Source: Clostridia bacterium
Lineage (GTDB): Bacteria > Bacillota > Clostridia > Christensenellales > CAG-314
DNA: 64,000 bases
Direction of reading: 5' to 3'
Assembly: GCA_036654455.1 (NCBI GenBank)
Contig: JAVVRZ010000001.1
Coordinates: 193,345 to 257,344, forward strand
Shown here: one piece after another, positions 9,177 through 19,159 of the stretch
How the letters are laid out: the number at the start of each line of letters is the position of its first letter
Numbering within the stretch: position 1 is the stretch's first letter
Position numbers and translations under genes: made by a program
Notes under the pieces: generated by a model
Told to the model about the DNA's origin: nothing
What the model saw: only the letters and a program-made list of their open reading frames with translations
The model's database searches: none

Positions 9177-10391
9177 TTACCAATTCTTGATTAATTCCCT
9201 CACACAGTCAAAATAACTTTTAGAAGATATGTCGCAACTTGCAATCAATTCTGTTTTGTCTATCACGCTACCATTTTCTTGTAAAATTGCGTACCCGATA
9301 ATGTCGCCACGTTTAACCGGGCTGCAAACTTTTGTGGGTAGATCAATTACTATTTCGCCCTTAGTTTGACCCTTTTTTCCAAATAACGCTAGATTTTTTT
9401 GAGGAAATAAAGACAATTTATCGACTTTTCCGCCCGAAACATCAACATTAATTTCTTGTGTTTTGTTTAGATAGATATAACTTTCATAATTTGCAAAGGC
9501 ATAATCAAACATCTTACTAATTTCGGCAAAGCGAGATTTACTATCTTCTGCGCCAATTACTACTGCAATAAATCTACTGTCTTGTCGCTTAGCGGTTGCG
9601 CATAAGCAGTGCATAGCCTCTGCGGTATAACCTGTTTTACCGCCGTCGCAACCCGAATAAAATCTTACGAGCTTGTTAGTGTTTGTCATACCCGTTGTTC
9701 TTCCGTCTGGGTGAAGATAATCTTTCATCCAAATTTTTGAACACTCAAAGAAATTTTCGTTAGTTATAAGCTCCCTCATCATTGTCGCAACGTCAATACT
9801 ACACGAGAATTGTTCGGTAGTAGGCAAACCCGTACAATTAGTAAAGTGAGTGTTTACTAATTTAAGTTTATTTGCCTTGTCGTTCATTAATTTAACAAAA
9901 CTTTCTACGCTACCGCTAATATGCTCGGCAAGAGCAACGCAAGAATCGTTTGCCGAACAAATTATTATCGATTGAATTAAATTTTGTACTTTATGAACGC
10001 TATTTGCCGACAAAAATACTTGTGAACCGCCCATAGATGCAGCGTAAGGCGATACAATAATTTCAGTATCTAGGGTTATTTTGCCTTGTGAAATTGCATC
10101 GTAGATGCAGAGTAAGGTCATAATTTTAACCATACTTGCAATAGGTCTAGCTTGTTTTGAATTTTTTTCAAATATAACCTTGCCGGTATTGAAGTCCATT
10201 AGCAAGCTTTGCTTAGAATTATATTTGTCAAAAGTTGTGTTAGTTTCTTGTTTTTCTAAATTTTTAGTCGGCTTACTTTGCGCTTGACACTCTAAGAGTT
10301 GATTTGATTCGCCATACACAATAATAGCGGGTATGCCTATTGAGCTAACAAACAGTAATAAAGCTAAAAACAGTAATACTAATTTTTTCAT
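9177..10391 (-). CDS. dacF: D-alanyl-D-alanine carboxypeptidase (DacF/DacA-like, with PBP5 C-terminal domain)
   Basis: SxxK motif ASMVKIM and SAN motif are present. Start moved to the ATG at 10391 (MKKLVLLFLALLLF, a signal peptide; SD GGAGAAAAGG upstream). Proximity to deoB mirrors the Bacillus dacF region. Confidence 0.7.
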   Translation of the reverse strand: MKKLVLLFLALLLFVSSIGIPAIIVYGESNQLLECQAQSKPTKNLEKQETNTTFDKYNSKQSLLMDFNTGKVIFEKNSKQARPIASMVKIMTLLCIYDAISQGKITLDTEIIVSPYAASMGGSQVFLSANSVHKVQNLIQSIIICSANDSCVALAEHISGSVESFVKLMNDKANKLKLVNTHFTNCTGLPTTEQFSCSIDVATMMRELITNENFFECSKIWMKDYLHPDGRTTGMTNTNKLVRFYSGCDGGKTGYTAEAMHCLCATAKRQDSRFIAVVIGAEDSKSRFAEISKMFDYAFANYESYIYLNKTQEINVDVSGGKVDKLSLFPQKNLALFGKKGQTKGEIVIDLPTKVCSPVKRGDIIGYAILQENGSVIDKTELIASCDISSKSYFDCVRELIKNW

Positions 10392-10530
10392 ATTTCCTTT
10401 TCTCCGTTTTCTATTAGTGTTTGTTTCAAATATGTTTTTATGTAAAAATATAGTAATTACCAAAAATATAAATAACTATTTAGATAAATTGAAAGGAAAA
10501 TATAACTAGCAAATTAATAATGGAATACAT

Positions 10531-10561
10531 AATATAAAAAACCTTCTTAAAAAAGAAGGTT
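10531..10561 (-). terminator. rho-independent terminator after deoB
   Basis: Minus strand: AACCTTCTT-tttt-AAGAAGGTT followed by TTTTATATT. Confidence 0.7.
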
Positions 10562-10573
10562 TAAAAACATATA

Positions 10574-11722
10574 TTATTTAGTTAACTTATCCCAAAGCGA
10601 TTTAGAATTAAAATTAAGCCCAAGCTGTTCTCGTATAGTATCGGCGATTGCGTCAAAACCCTTGATTGTGCCTAAATTAGTAGGAATAATCTTGTCGCCA
10701 AACACAAGTAAAGGCGTATATTCTCTTGTGTGGTCTGTATGTTCTTTGTGACAAGGGTCATTTCCGTGATCGGCTGTTACATATAAAACATCGTCGGGCT
10801 TTAAGTATATCATAAGTTCGGCTAGCTTAATATCGATTTTTTCTAACGCCTGAGCGTAACCAAAAACATCACGACGGTGACCGTAAAGCATATCGGTATC
10901 AATTAAATTGACAAAGACAAGTCCGTCAAAGTCTTTCTTGGCAAGTTCGATTGTTTTGTCAAGCGATTCGGCATTATTGTGAGTGTGATAACTCTCGGTT
11001 AAACCCGAAAAATTAAATATATCTTCAATTTTGCCAACGCCAACGCTAGCAAGTCCGGCATTTGAAACATTGTTAAGTAAGGTGTCGCTAGGCGGAGAAA
11101 CAGAATAATCTTTGCGGTCGTCCGTTCTAACAAAAGGAAATTCTCCGGTAAAAGGACGAGCGATTATTCTACCTACGTTATATTTGCCAACGCAAAGCTT
11201 TCTTGCGATAGAACAAAACTCATATAACTTGGCAAGAGGAATAACATCGGTATGGACGGCTATTTGTAGTACGCTGTCGCCTGAGGTATAAACTATCGGG
11301 CAACCTGTCTTGATATGTTCTGCGCCGTAGTCTTTAAGCGCTTCCGTACCGCTATACGGCTTGTTAAGCAAAACTTTTACGCCAAAAGCGTCTTCGAGCT
11401 GTTGAATAAATTCGGGCGGAAAACCATCTGGAAAAGTTGGAAATGGCTGAGTAGTTACTACGCCTGCAATTTCCCAATGCCCTACCGTTGTATCTTTGGC
11501 TTTACTTAATTCTTCCATTCTTGCATAAGCGCCACGAATATTTTTGGTATCACAGTAAGTATTGTCAATGCTATATAGTCCAAGAGAAATAAGCGTTGGT
11601 ATATCCATATCATAGGAATTATAAATATTTTTAAGCGTGTTAGAACCACGATCGCCATAAAGACGCGCATCTGGCATCTCACCAATGCCAAGTCCATCAA
11701 TAACTAAAATAAAAGCTCTCAA
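10574..11722 (-). CDS. deoB: phosphopentomutase
   Basis: Start moved to the TTG at 11722, 9 nt after AGGAGG. This gives MRAFILVIDGLGIG, the typical DeoB N-terminus. The track start adds an implausible 19 aa. Confidence 0.85.
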   Translation of the reverse strand: MRAFILVIDGLGIGEMPDARLYGDRGSNTLKNIYNSYDMDIPTLISLGLYSIDNTYCDTKNIRGAYARMEELSKAKDTTVGHWEIAGVVTTQPFPTFPDGFPPEFIQQLEDAFGVKVLLNKPYSGTEALKDYGAEHIKTGCPIVYTSGDSVLQIAVHTDVIPLAKLYEFCSIARKLCVGKYNVGRIIARPFTGEFPFVRTDDRKDYSVSPPSDTLLNNVSNAGLASVGVGKIEDIFNFSGLTESYHTHNNAESLDKTIELAKKDFDGLVFVNLIDTDMLYGHRRDVFGYAQALEKIDIKLAELMIYLKPDDVLYVTADHGNDPCHKEHTDHTREYTPLLVFGDKIIPTNLGTIKGFDAIADTIREQLGLNFNSKSLWDKLTK

Positions 11723-11799
11723 TATTGCATACCTCCTATTGCTAAAATTATATAATAAAAAGCAAAAAATGACAATCAAATTGATGTGGTTACTGTCAA

Positions 11800-12369
11800 T
11801 TAAAAATATGTAAACGGTCTAATTAGTATAAAAACTATGATAGTTTGAGCAATCGAGATAATTAAACACAAAAGAACAAGCAGAACAAACTTATAGCAAA
11901 GGGCGCTTATATTTGCACAACTTAACCTACAATCATAGACGTGATTTACCGAATATAATACAATGGCTAAAATTACAACCGCTTGAATTATAAACAAAAA
12001 GACTATATACGGCAAAGCCATTAAACCTATGCTAGCTATACAAGACTTAATTGCAAATGCAGTTGTAAAAGCTTTTAACCAAGCTACGACGCAGCCAAAT
12101 CTTAGTAGCGGTCGATATAGAGCTAAAACAAAGAAAACGATTATAATTGCAAGGTATAACCATAAATTTTTAAATAAAACAGGAAAGAAACCTCCTTGTA
12201 TATAGACCGTAATATTTGTATATGAAATAGAATATAATTCGTATTCGCCATTTGCCTTAATAAATATTAGCCCCAAAACTAAACAAACAAGATAAATAGC
12301 AAGTACGAATATATTATATTTTTTATGCGCAAATAAACTTGCGTAAACATCCTTTAACAAATACCTCAT
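11800..12369 (-). CDS. polytopic membrane protein, possibly SpoIIM-like
   Basis: 189 aa with about 5 TM segments. Size, topology and neighbourhood (deoB, dacF-like, spoIVB) resemble SpoIIM, but no diagnostic motif was recognised. Confidence 0.3.
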   Translation of the reverse strand: MRYLLKDVYASLFAHKKYNIFVLAIYLVCLVLGLIFIKANGEYELYSISYTNITVYIQGGFFPVLFKNLWLYLAIIIVFFVLALYRPLLRFGCVVAWLKAFTTAFAIKSCIASIGLMALPYIVFLFIIQAVVILAIVLYSVNHVYDCRLSCANISALCYKFVLLVLLCLIISIAQTIIVFILIRPFTYF

Positions 12370-12410
12370 AATAAAAAATATGAGGTATATTGAATATATA
12401 TGTTAATTAT

Positions 12411-13472
12411 TTAGTTTTCGAGCATCCATTCGGCAAGAATACCATAACCTTTTGTAGGGTCGTTGATAAATACGTGTGTGAGCGCTCCTGCAAATGCGCC
12501 GTCTTGAATAATTGGGCTACCGCTCATTCCTTGCACAATTCCGCCGGTTAGTTCAAGTAAAGTTGGGTCAACAATTCTTACAACTAGCCCCTTGTCGCTC
12601 TTGGAAGTTTGTTGAACTACTTTTATTATTTCAATATCATATTCCCTAGGCGTATCGCCTATTACCGTTGAAATAACTTTCGCATTGCCCGGTTTGACTT
12701 GCGTGCTAGATAAAACCGGATATAATTTTTGTTCAAAGTCATCTGGTAAAGAAAAAACATTGCCGTAAGCGCCATATTTATTGTTTACATATAGCGTGCC
12801 TAAGGTGTCGCTAAGCGAAAAATTCCCTTTAAGTTCGCCTGCTTTACCTTTTTCGCCTTTAACTGCGCCGTTTATTTTACAGTTATAAATTCCGCCTTTT
12901 GTAATTTTTAAAATTTCGTTAGTATCGTGATTTAATATAGGGTGACCAAGGCTACCAAATTGAAGATTGTTTCTTATATAAGTCAACGTACCTATTCCCG
13001 TGGCGTTGTCTCTTGCCCAAATACCTAGCTTATATGTCTTAGACAGAACGTCTTTTCTAGGAGTAATCTTTGAAGATATAAGTTTATCGCCTCTAATAAA
13101 ACTTATATCGCAAGGCTTGCCTTGACTTGCGTTAGCAATATGAGTAAGCGTAGCTACGTTATTGATTTTAGTGCGGTCTAACTCGGTAATAATATCGCCG
13201 ATATTAATGCCTGCCTCTATTGCCGGAGAAACAACGCCCTCGCTTGAAACAAATTCGTTAAGCCCTATTACTGTTATGCCGTTGCCGTCAAGAGAAATAC
13301 CGATAGGTTTTCCGGATAAATAAACTTTTTCTCTAATAACTTTTTGCACTTGCGGAAAGAACAAATTATTTAATTCTTCTAAGGTTGGCGACGTAGTCTC
13401 TGCGTAAGCAAATTGCGGAAAAGCAAATAGACAAACAAAAAACAAAGCTACAAATATAAATATTTTTTTCAT
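12411..13472 (-). CDS. spoIVB: SpoIVB signalling serine peptidase (S55)
   Basis: 353 aa with signal peptide, PDZ-like region and GMSGSPI catalytic serine motif. It lies downstream of recN as in Bacillus. Confidence 0.85.
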   Translation of the reverse strand: MKKIFIFVALFFVCLFAFPQFAYAETTSPTLEELNNLFFPQVQKVIREKVYLSGKPIGISLDGNGITVIGLNEFVSSEGVVSPAIEAGINIGDIITELDRTKINNVATLTHIANASQGKPCDISFIRGDKLISSKITPRKDVLSKTYKLGIWARDNATGIGTLTYIRNNLQFGSLGHPILNHDTNEILKITKGGIYNCKINGAVKGEKGKAGELKGNFSLSDTLGTLYVNNKYGAYGNVFSLPDDFEQKLYPVLSSTQVKPGNAKVISTVIGDTPREYDIEIIKVVQQTSKSDKGLVVRIVDPTLLELTGGIVQGMSGSPIIQDGAFAGALTHVFINDPTKGYGILAEWMLEN

Positions 13473-13483
13473 AATTACTCCCT

Positions 13484-13514
13484 TATTGTTGTTTTAAGTA
13501 GTTTGTGAATATGC
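13484..13514 (-). promoter_or_regulatory. candidate forespore (sigma-F/G-like) promoter of spoIVB
   Basis: Minus strand: GCATA (13514-13510), 18-nt spacer, CAACAATA (13491-13484). This loosely resembles the recalled GCATA / CATAnnTA forespore consensus. Confidence 0.3.
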
Positions 13515-13523
13515 TTAGAAAAA

Positions 13524-13552
13524 TATTAAAAAAAAGAGCCTATTTAGGCTCT
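13524..13552 (-). terminator. rho-independent terminator after recN
   Basis: Minus strand: AGAGCC-taaata-GGCTCT followed by TTTTTTTT. Confidence 0.75.
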
Positions 13553-13628
13553 AAAAATTAAAAATATTAAAAAAGTAGTTTAGTTTATAAAAATAAATAT
13601 AAAAAAACTATAAAACTTAACAAAAGCG

Positions 13629-15329
13629 TTAGTTTACCTTTGATTTAGCGCTATTTGCCCACTCAATCATTTGCTCGGCATAGACAAGCGAAACCGAACT
13701 AATGTTTTCGCCCCCTGTAAGGCGAGCTATTTCGCTTATTTTTTGTTTTTGGTCAAGAACGGTTACATTTGTGCTTGTTTTATCGTCTATTGTCGACTTA
13801 GTTATTAGTAAATTGTAGTCGCCTATCGCAGCAACTTGCGGAAGGTGAGTGATTACTATGCATTGATAGTCTTTACTGACATTTGCAAGTTTTATCGCCA
13901 TTTTTTGAGCGATATTGCCGGAAATACCAAGGTCAATCTCGTCAAAAATCATTGTTGGTATTTGTTCGATTCTTGCGGTAATGTTCTTAATCGCCAACAT
14001 AAATCTTGACATTTCGCCACCGCTAATTACCTTTGCAAGCTGTTTAGTTGGTTCGCCCAAATTTGCGCTAAGCATAAATTCGACTTTGTCAAATCCGTTA
14101 GAGGAAATATGCTGAGAATATTCTTCTAAGGTAGGCGTTTGCGAAAAGAAAACGTCAAATGTAGCCGACTGCATACCTAAATCGGCAAGCTGTTGTTCGA
14201 TATCCTTTTTAAATAACTTTGCCGATTGTTTGCGATGAAGGGACAATTTGCAAGAAAGGTCGTACATTTTTGCGACTATTGCATCTTTTTGAGTTTGAAG
14301 TTTAGCGATTTGCTCGGTAGCGTTAGAAAGCATATCAAACTGTTTGATTGCATCTTGTAAAAAGTTATTAATCTCGTCAACATTTTGACCGTATTTGCGT
14401 TTAAGCGTTTTGTAAAGCTCAATACGTTGCTCTAAGATATCTATTTGATTAGGTTCGTATTCTATTTGAGAGAGTATATTAGAAAGCTCTTCGCATACGT
14501 CGTCAAGCTCAATCATACTAGCTTTTATTCTTTTTTGAAGCTCAAAGCATTGACTGTCAAGGTTTGAACAACAATTTAAACTTGAATTTGCCATTGAAAG
14601 TAGGTTTATAGCGTTTTCTTGATTTTGAGAAAGACTATCAAGCGCAACCGAAACGCCCTCTACAATTTTTTCGGCGTTAGCTATGCGAGCTTTTTGAGCA
14701 AGCAAATCGTCTTCTTCTTTGCTAGAAAGTTCTGCCTTGGTAATTTCGTCAATTTGATAATTTAATATGTCAAGCAAACGCTGTCTTTGACTATTATCTC
14801 CGCCAAAAACAAGTAGTTTAGAGTTAATATCCTTGTAATCTTTAAATAAAGCTGATAATTTGTCGGTTTGCTGACTTGGCATATAAGCGTCTAATACTTT
14901 AATATGGTTATCTACTTTAAATAAATTTTGATGTTGAGATTGTCCAAAAATATCTACCAAACAGCTTGTAAGCTCTTTTAGCATAGCCGTAGTTACTTGC
15001 CTGCCGTTTATGCGACATTCGTTTTTGCCCGAAGTAGTAAGAGTACGAGAAATAATTAAGGTTGTATCTTGTTCAAAACCTAATTCGTCTAGCTTAAAAT
15101 AAGCGTTAGAATTTTGCTCAATTTGAAACACAACCTCTACCCTTGCCTGCTCTTGACCGAATTTAATCATTGTTTTGTCGGCTCTTTCGCCCAAAACAAA
15201 GGCTAGCGAATCAATAATAATCGATTTGCCTGCGCCCGTTTCTCCGCTTAAAACGTTAAGACCATTTGAAAGGGCGATATCTAATTTGCCAATTAACGCA
15301 ATATTTCTAATATTTAAATTTGTAATCAT
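13629..15329 (-). CDS. recN: DNA repair protein RecN
   Basis: 566 aa. N-terminal Walker A GETGAGKS, coiled-coil middle and C-terminal signature ISGGEMSR. Confidence 0.9.
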   Translation of the reverse strand: MITNLNIRNIALIGKLDIALSNGLNVLSGETGAGKSIIIDSLAFVLGERADKTMIKFGQEQARVEVVFQIEQNSNAYFKLDELGFEQDTTLIISRTLTTSGKNECRINGRQVTTAMLKELTSCLVDIFGQSQHQNLFKVDNHIKVLDAYMPSQQTDKLSALFKDYKDINSKLLVFGGDNSQRQRLLDILNYQIDEITKAELSSKEEDDLLAQKARIANAEKIVEGVSVALDSLSQNQENAINLLSMANSSLNCCSNLDSQCFELQKRIKASMIELDDVCEELSNILSQIEYEPNQIDILEQRIELYKTLKRKYGQNVDEINNFLQDAIKQFDMLSNATEQIAKLQTQKDAIVAKMYDLSCKLSLHRKQSAKLFKKDIEQQLADLGMQSATFDVFFSQTPTLEEYSQHISSNGFDKVEFMLSANLGEPTKQLAKVISGGEMSRFMLAIKNITARIEQIPTMIFDEIDLGISGNIAQKMAIKLANVSKDYQCIVITHLPQVAAIGDYNLLITKSTIDDKTSTNVTVLDQKQKISEIARLTGGENISSVSLVYAEQMIEWANSAKSKVN

Positions 15330-15350
15330 AGTGTTTGACTAATTATGTAA

Positions 15351-15803
15351 TTATTTAAGTATGTTTTCAAGTCTGTTTGTAATATAAATAGCGTCTTGCG
15401 AAGTTGCCGAAACAAGTAAAACACAATCATTTCCTTCAATTCTACCTAAAATTTCAGTTATTGAAAGCTGTTTTATTATGTTGCTAACTATGTTACCACT
15501 ATTCTCTAAGGTTGTGACCGATACAAAATTGTTTACGGCAATTATTGAAATAACCGTTTCTCTTAAAATATTAAGTAATTTTGAGGATATTTTGGTATCT
15601 ATCCCACTGATTGTAATGTAACGAGAAACGTTTGCTTCCGAGGTCGTTTTTATCAGCCCTAATTCCTTAATATCCCTAGAAATTGTAGCTTGCGTCACGG
15701 GATAACCCGATTCTATTAGCAATTTTGCCAGTTCTTCTTGCGTTTCGATATCTCGTGAGGCAATTAAACTAAGTATTTTTGACTGTCGTGTAGCTCTTAT
15801 CAC
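15351..15803 (-). CDS. argR: arginine repressor
   Basis: 150 aa. Winged-helix N-terminus TRQSKILSLI...TQATISRDIKEL and position between nadK and recN. Confidence 0.85.
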   Translation of the reverse strand: MIRATRQSKILSLIASRDIETQEELAKLLIESGYPVTQATISRDIKELGLIKTTSEANVSRYITISGIDTKISSKLLNILRETVISIIAVNNFVSVTTLENSGNIVSNIIKQLSITEILGRIEGNDCVLLVSATSQDAIYITNRLENILK

Positions 15804-16564
15804 TATTCTACCCTACCTATTTTTCTTAATTTTTCAAAAAAGTCATTTTTTAGTGTAATAAGTTGCAAAGTTTGAGGTAATTTAACTATCTCAACTTTGT
15901 TATCTATAAACGTAACGTCTTGTAAGATGCCGTCGGCATAAAGGCAAGCGTTATTGCTTAATTCTAATTTAAGAGTGTCGCTATCTTTGTAGACAATTTG
16001 ATTAGATGCGCCTATTGTGGATATTGGATTTAGATAGAAGCAATTTGTATCGGCAAGTAAAACGCTACCATTACAACTCAAAGAATATGCAGTTGAACCT
16101 ACGGGCGTACTTATAATAAGACCGTCGCCGGTATGTTTGCATAAAAATTGGTCATTTAAATATGCCGAAACCGTAACCGTATTGCCTCTATACGCATTAC
16201 AAATAAACATTTCATTGACGGCTACTACGTCGGTATCTTTAACTTGAAGTAGCGAACAGTTTTTAATCTTATAGTCAAGGTTTTGCAATCGAGTCAGCGC
16301 ATTTAAAAAGTCTGCTCTTTTAGGCAAAATTTGAGATAAGAAGCCTACTGTACCGGCATTGACGGTTATTATTGGAACAACGCCGGCATATCTACGACCA
16401 TAATAGAGCGTAGTGCCATCTCCGCCGAAACAAACTAAAATATCAAAGTCTTGACTTTGACTTTGATAACAGTAAGGAATATTAAGTTCTTGCAAACAAG
16501 TAACAAATTCTTCGACAAGTCGTTGCTTATTCTTTTTAAGATTAAGAGCAATACCGATACGCAT
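15803..16564 (-). CDS. nadK: NAD kinase
   Basis: GGDGT motif present. Start moved to the ATG at 16564 (MRIGIALN), because the track GTG start lies inside the SD GGAAGGTG. Confidence 0.85.
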   Translation of the reverse strand: MRIGIALNLKKNKQRLVEEFVTCLQELNIPYCYQSQSQDFDILVCFGGDGTTLYYGRRYAGVVPIITVNAGTVGFLSQILPKRADFLNALTRLQNLDYKIKNCSLLQVKDTDVVAVNEMFICNAYRGNTVTVSAYLNDQFLCKHTGDGLIISTPVGSTAYSLSCNGSVLLADTNCFYLNPISTIGASNQIVYKDSDTLKLELSNNACLYADGILQDVTFIDNKVEIVKLPQTLQLITLKNDFFEKLRKIGRVE

Positions 16565-16595
16565 ACAAACAGTCACCTTCCGTATAATTATTATA

Positions 16596-16624
16596 ATTAT
16601 ACATTAGGCTAAATAAATATTCAA
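16596..16624 (-). promoter_or_regulatory. possible internal sigma-A promoter for nadK-argR-recN
   Basis: Minus strand: TTGAAT (16624-16619), 17-nt spacer, TATAAT (16601-16596). Confidence 0.4.
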
Positions 16625-16626
16625 GT

Positions 16627-18438
16627 CTATTTGTGTAAAAAGTTAATAATAAGTTTTGATAAATATTCTTTGGTAAAATTTGCCTCGACAAGTTGCTGTT
16701 CAACTTCGCCTTGCTCGACAAATTTGTCGCTTTGAGCAAGACAAACGACCGATACATTTTTTGTAGCAAAAAATTGAGTTACGGCAGAACCAAACCCACC
16801 TTGCAATACATTTTCTTCTAGCGTAATAACTAGCGAATTATTTAGAGTTGACAAAAATTTGTTATCTAGCGGTTTAATCACGCAGGCATTAGTAATATTT
16901 ATAGAAATTGCATATTTTTTTAGTTCTTGCGCTGTTTGCAATGCTAAATTTATCATTCGATTGCCTACGCAAAGCAGTTCGACTTTGCTTTCGCCGTTTA
17001 AAATTCTATTCCAAGATAATCTATCAAAATGTTGGTCGAAAGATACGTCAATATCTTTGGAATATCTAATAGCAAGTGGCGAATTGAAATTTGCCGACCA
17101 CAAAAGCATATCTTCAAGTTGAGTTTCGTCGGCTGGGGCAAGAATTGTTAAATTTGGAATAAGCGACAAGTAGGATAAATCAAATAATCCTTGATGCGTT
17201 TTACCGTCTGCCCCGACAAAACCAGCTCGGTCTATACAAAATACAACAGGCAAATTTTGTAAACAAGTATCGTGTATAATTTGGTCAAAACCACGTTGCA
17301 AAAAAGTAGAATAAACGCAAAAATATGGTTTAACGCCACAACTAGCTAGGCTAGACGCAAAGGTTACGGCGTGCTGTTCGGCTATACCACAGTCAAAAAA
17401 TTTATCGGGGTAATTGCTTGCGAACGCATCTAAGCCCGTTCCGGACGTCATTGCAGCGGTTATAGCTACAATATTGCTACCTTCTTTGGCAAGTTTAGTA
17501 AGAGTTGCGCCTACAACATTTGACATTGATATTTTTGTGACGTTTGATTGTTTAGAAACGCCGTGAAAAAGTTCGGGATTTAGCTCGGCTGGGGCATAAC
17601 CTTTACCCTTAGTTGTTTTAATATGCAAAATAGTAGGTTGCTCTACGTTCTTTTTAATTTTTTGAAGTAGGCTTATCAATTTTGCAACGTTGTGACCATC
17701 GACTGAACCAATATATTTGATGTCAAAGCTATTAAAATAAAGATTGTTTTTAATAAAGCCGTATTTTATTACACGCTTACAAAAACTACAAATTTTGTAG
17801 GTAAGCTTACCTAAAAGAGGAATTTTTAATATAAACTTTTTGAAACTTTCTTTTCTCTTGTCGTATTTGCCAACTCTTAGGTTTGCAAGCCCCGAAGCGG
17901 TGTTGCCTACAACTTTATTTATTGCTAAGCCATTGTCATTTACAATAATTAGCATTTTACTTAAAGCTATATTATTAAGCGCTTCAAAAGACATTCCGCC
18001 CCCTAACGCCCCGTCGCCGATTATTGCGATTACGTTATAATCAAGTTTATTAACATCTCTTGCCGTTGCAAGACCTAACGCAACCGATATCGAGGTGCTT
18101 GCGTGTCCGGTATTAAAAGTATCAAACTGACTTTGAGCCGTGTCGGGAAACCCACTTAGCCCGCCTTTTTGCCTAAGAGTATTAAATTCTTCTCGTCTGC
18201 CTGACAAAATTTTGTAAACGTAGCTTTGGTGTCCTACGTCCCAAACAAATTTATCGTTTTGGTCAAATACATAAGCAAGGGCTACGGTAAGCTCGACTAC
18301 TCCTAAGTTACTTGAAAGATGTCCTCCGTTTTCTAGCACAATCGGCACTAAAAAATCCCGTATTTCTTGACATAATACGGGTAAATCTTTAATAGAAATT
18401 TTTTTGACATCGTCAAAACTAAAAATATTTTCTAACAT
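16627..18438 (-). CDS. dxs: 1-deoxy-D-xylulose-5-phosphate synthase
   Basis: 603 aa. Contains GGHLSSNLGVVELT and the GDGALGGGMSFEALN thiamine-diphosphate motif. Its ATG overlaps the stop of the upstream membrane protein (TAATG). Confidence 0.95.
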   Translation of the reverse strand: MLENIFSFDDVKKISIKDLPVLCQEIRDFLVPIVLENGGHLSSNLGVVELTVALAYVFDQNDKFVWDVGHQSYVYKILSGRREEFNTLRQKGGLSGFPDTAQSQFDTFNTGHASTSISVALGLATARDVNKLDYNVIAIIGDGALGGGMSFEALNNIALSKMLIIVNDNGLAINKVVGNTASGLANLRVGKYDKRKESFKKFILKIPLLGKLTYKICSFCKRVIKYGFIKNNLYFNSFDIKYIGSVDGHNVAKLISLLQKIKKNVEQPTILHIKTTKGKGYAPAELNPELFHGVSKQSNVTKISMSNVVGATLTKLAKEGSNIVAITAAMTSGTGLDAFASNYPDKFFDCGIAEQHAVTFASSLASCGVKPYFCVYSTFLQRGFDQIIHDTCLQNLPVVFCIDRAGFVGADGKTHQGLFDLSYLSLIPNLTILAPADETQLEDMLLWSANFNSPLAIRYSKDIDVSFDQHFDRLSWNRILNGESKVELLCVGNRMINLALQTAQELKKYAISINITNACVIKPLDNKFLSTLNNSLVITLEENVLQGGFGSAVTQFFATKNVSVVCLAQSDKFVEQGEVEQQLVEANFTKEYLSKLIINFLHK

Positions 18439-19139
18439 TATTTATCAAAAACTGACAGTAGTTTTGCAAGGCTAAATATAATGTTATTTGCCTTAGAAAC
18501 GGCTATTTTTTTGCAAATTGCTTTGCCGGTAATTGTAACCGCTGCGATTACCGCTGAAACTAGGGCACTAGTTACGATTATTGGAATAGGGTCGGTTAAG
18601 CCTAGTTGTATTTGTATTACTACGGCAATAGTAGCTCCCGAAGCGCCGGAAATAATGCTACATACGTCGCCTATAATATCGCCAAAAATTGACGATACCT
18701 TATCGGCATTTTTACATAGCCAAACGGCTCTCTTTGCGCCCTTAACCTTGCGTGAAGCCATTGATAAATACGGCTCAACATCGCAAGAGGTTGCCGCTAC
18801 GCTTACCATATCGGCTGTAATTGCAATTATTACAATAAGAAGTACAAGAATAACGGCAATTATCATTTTAACGAAGTCAACTTGAATTGCGTTATATACT
18901 ATTTCTGTAATAATACTAAAAAATAAAGATAAGAATACAGCAATTACTAAGACTTTAATTAACCACTTAATAACGCCTTTTTTTATCTTATCTTTGGGCT
19001 TAATATTATTACTATCTTCTTCTACTTTTGAAGAAGATAGCTCTTTTTTTGAAACAACAAAATTTCTTTTGTCTTTTGATTTTTCAGCAAAGACTTCTAC
19101 GACATCGCTGTCGTTTTTGGAGTCTTTTTTTGTTGACAT
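18438..19139 (-). CDS. oapA: OapA-like four-TM membrane protein (OLE-associated protein A candidate)
   Basis: 233 aa. A Lys/Ser/Glu/Asp-rich N-terminal region of about 65 aa is followed by four predicted TM helices. It lies directly downstream of the large structured RNA and upstream of dxs, the position described for oapA. SD GGAGA precedes the ATG at 19139. Confidence 0.6.
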   Translation of the reverse strand: MSTKKDSKNDSDVVEVFAEKSKDKRNFVVSKKELSSSKVEEDSNNIKPKDKIKKGVIKWLIKVLVIAVFLSLFFSIITEIVYNAIQVDFVKMIIAVILVLLIVIIAITADMVSVAATSCDVEPYLSMASRKVKGAKRAVWLCKNADKVSSIFGDIIGDVCSIISGASGATIAVVIQIQLGLTDPIPIIVTSALVSAVIAAVTITGKAICKKIAVSKANNIIFSLAKLLSVFDK

Positions 19140-19159
19140 ATTTTTCTCCGTTATTATAA

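Noticed and set aside
16542-16769. Track ORF of 75 aa bridging the dxs 3' end and the nadK upstream region.
   Set aside because: It overlaps dxs out of frame and covers the predicted nadK promoter and SD. No support was found.
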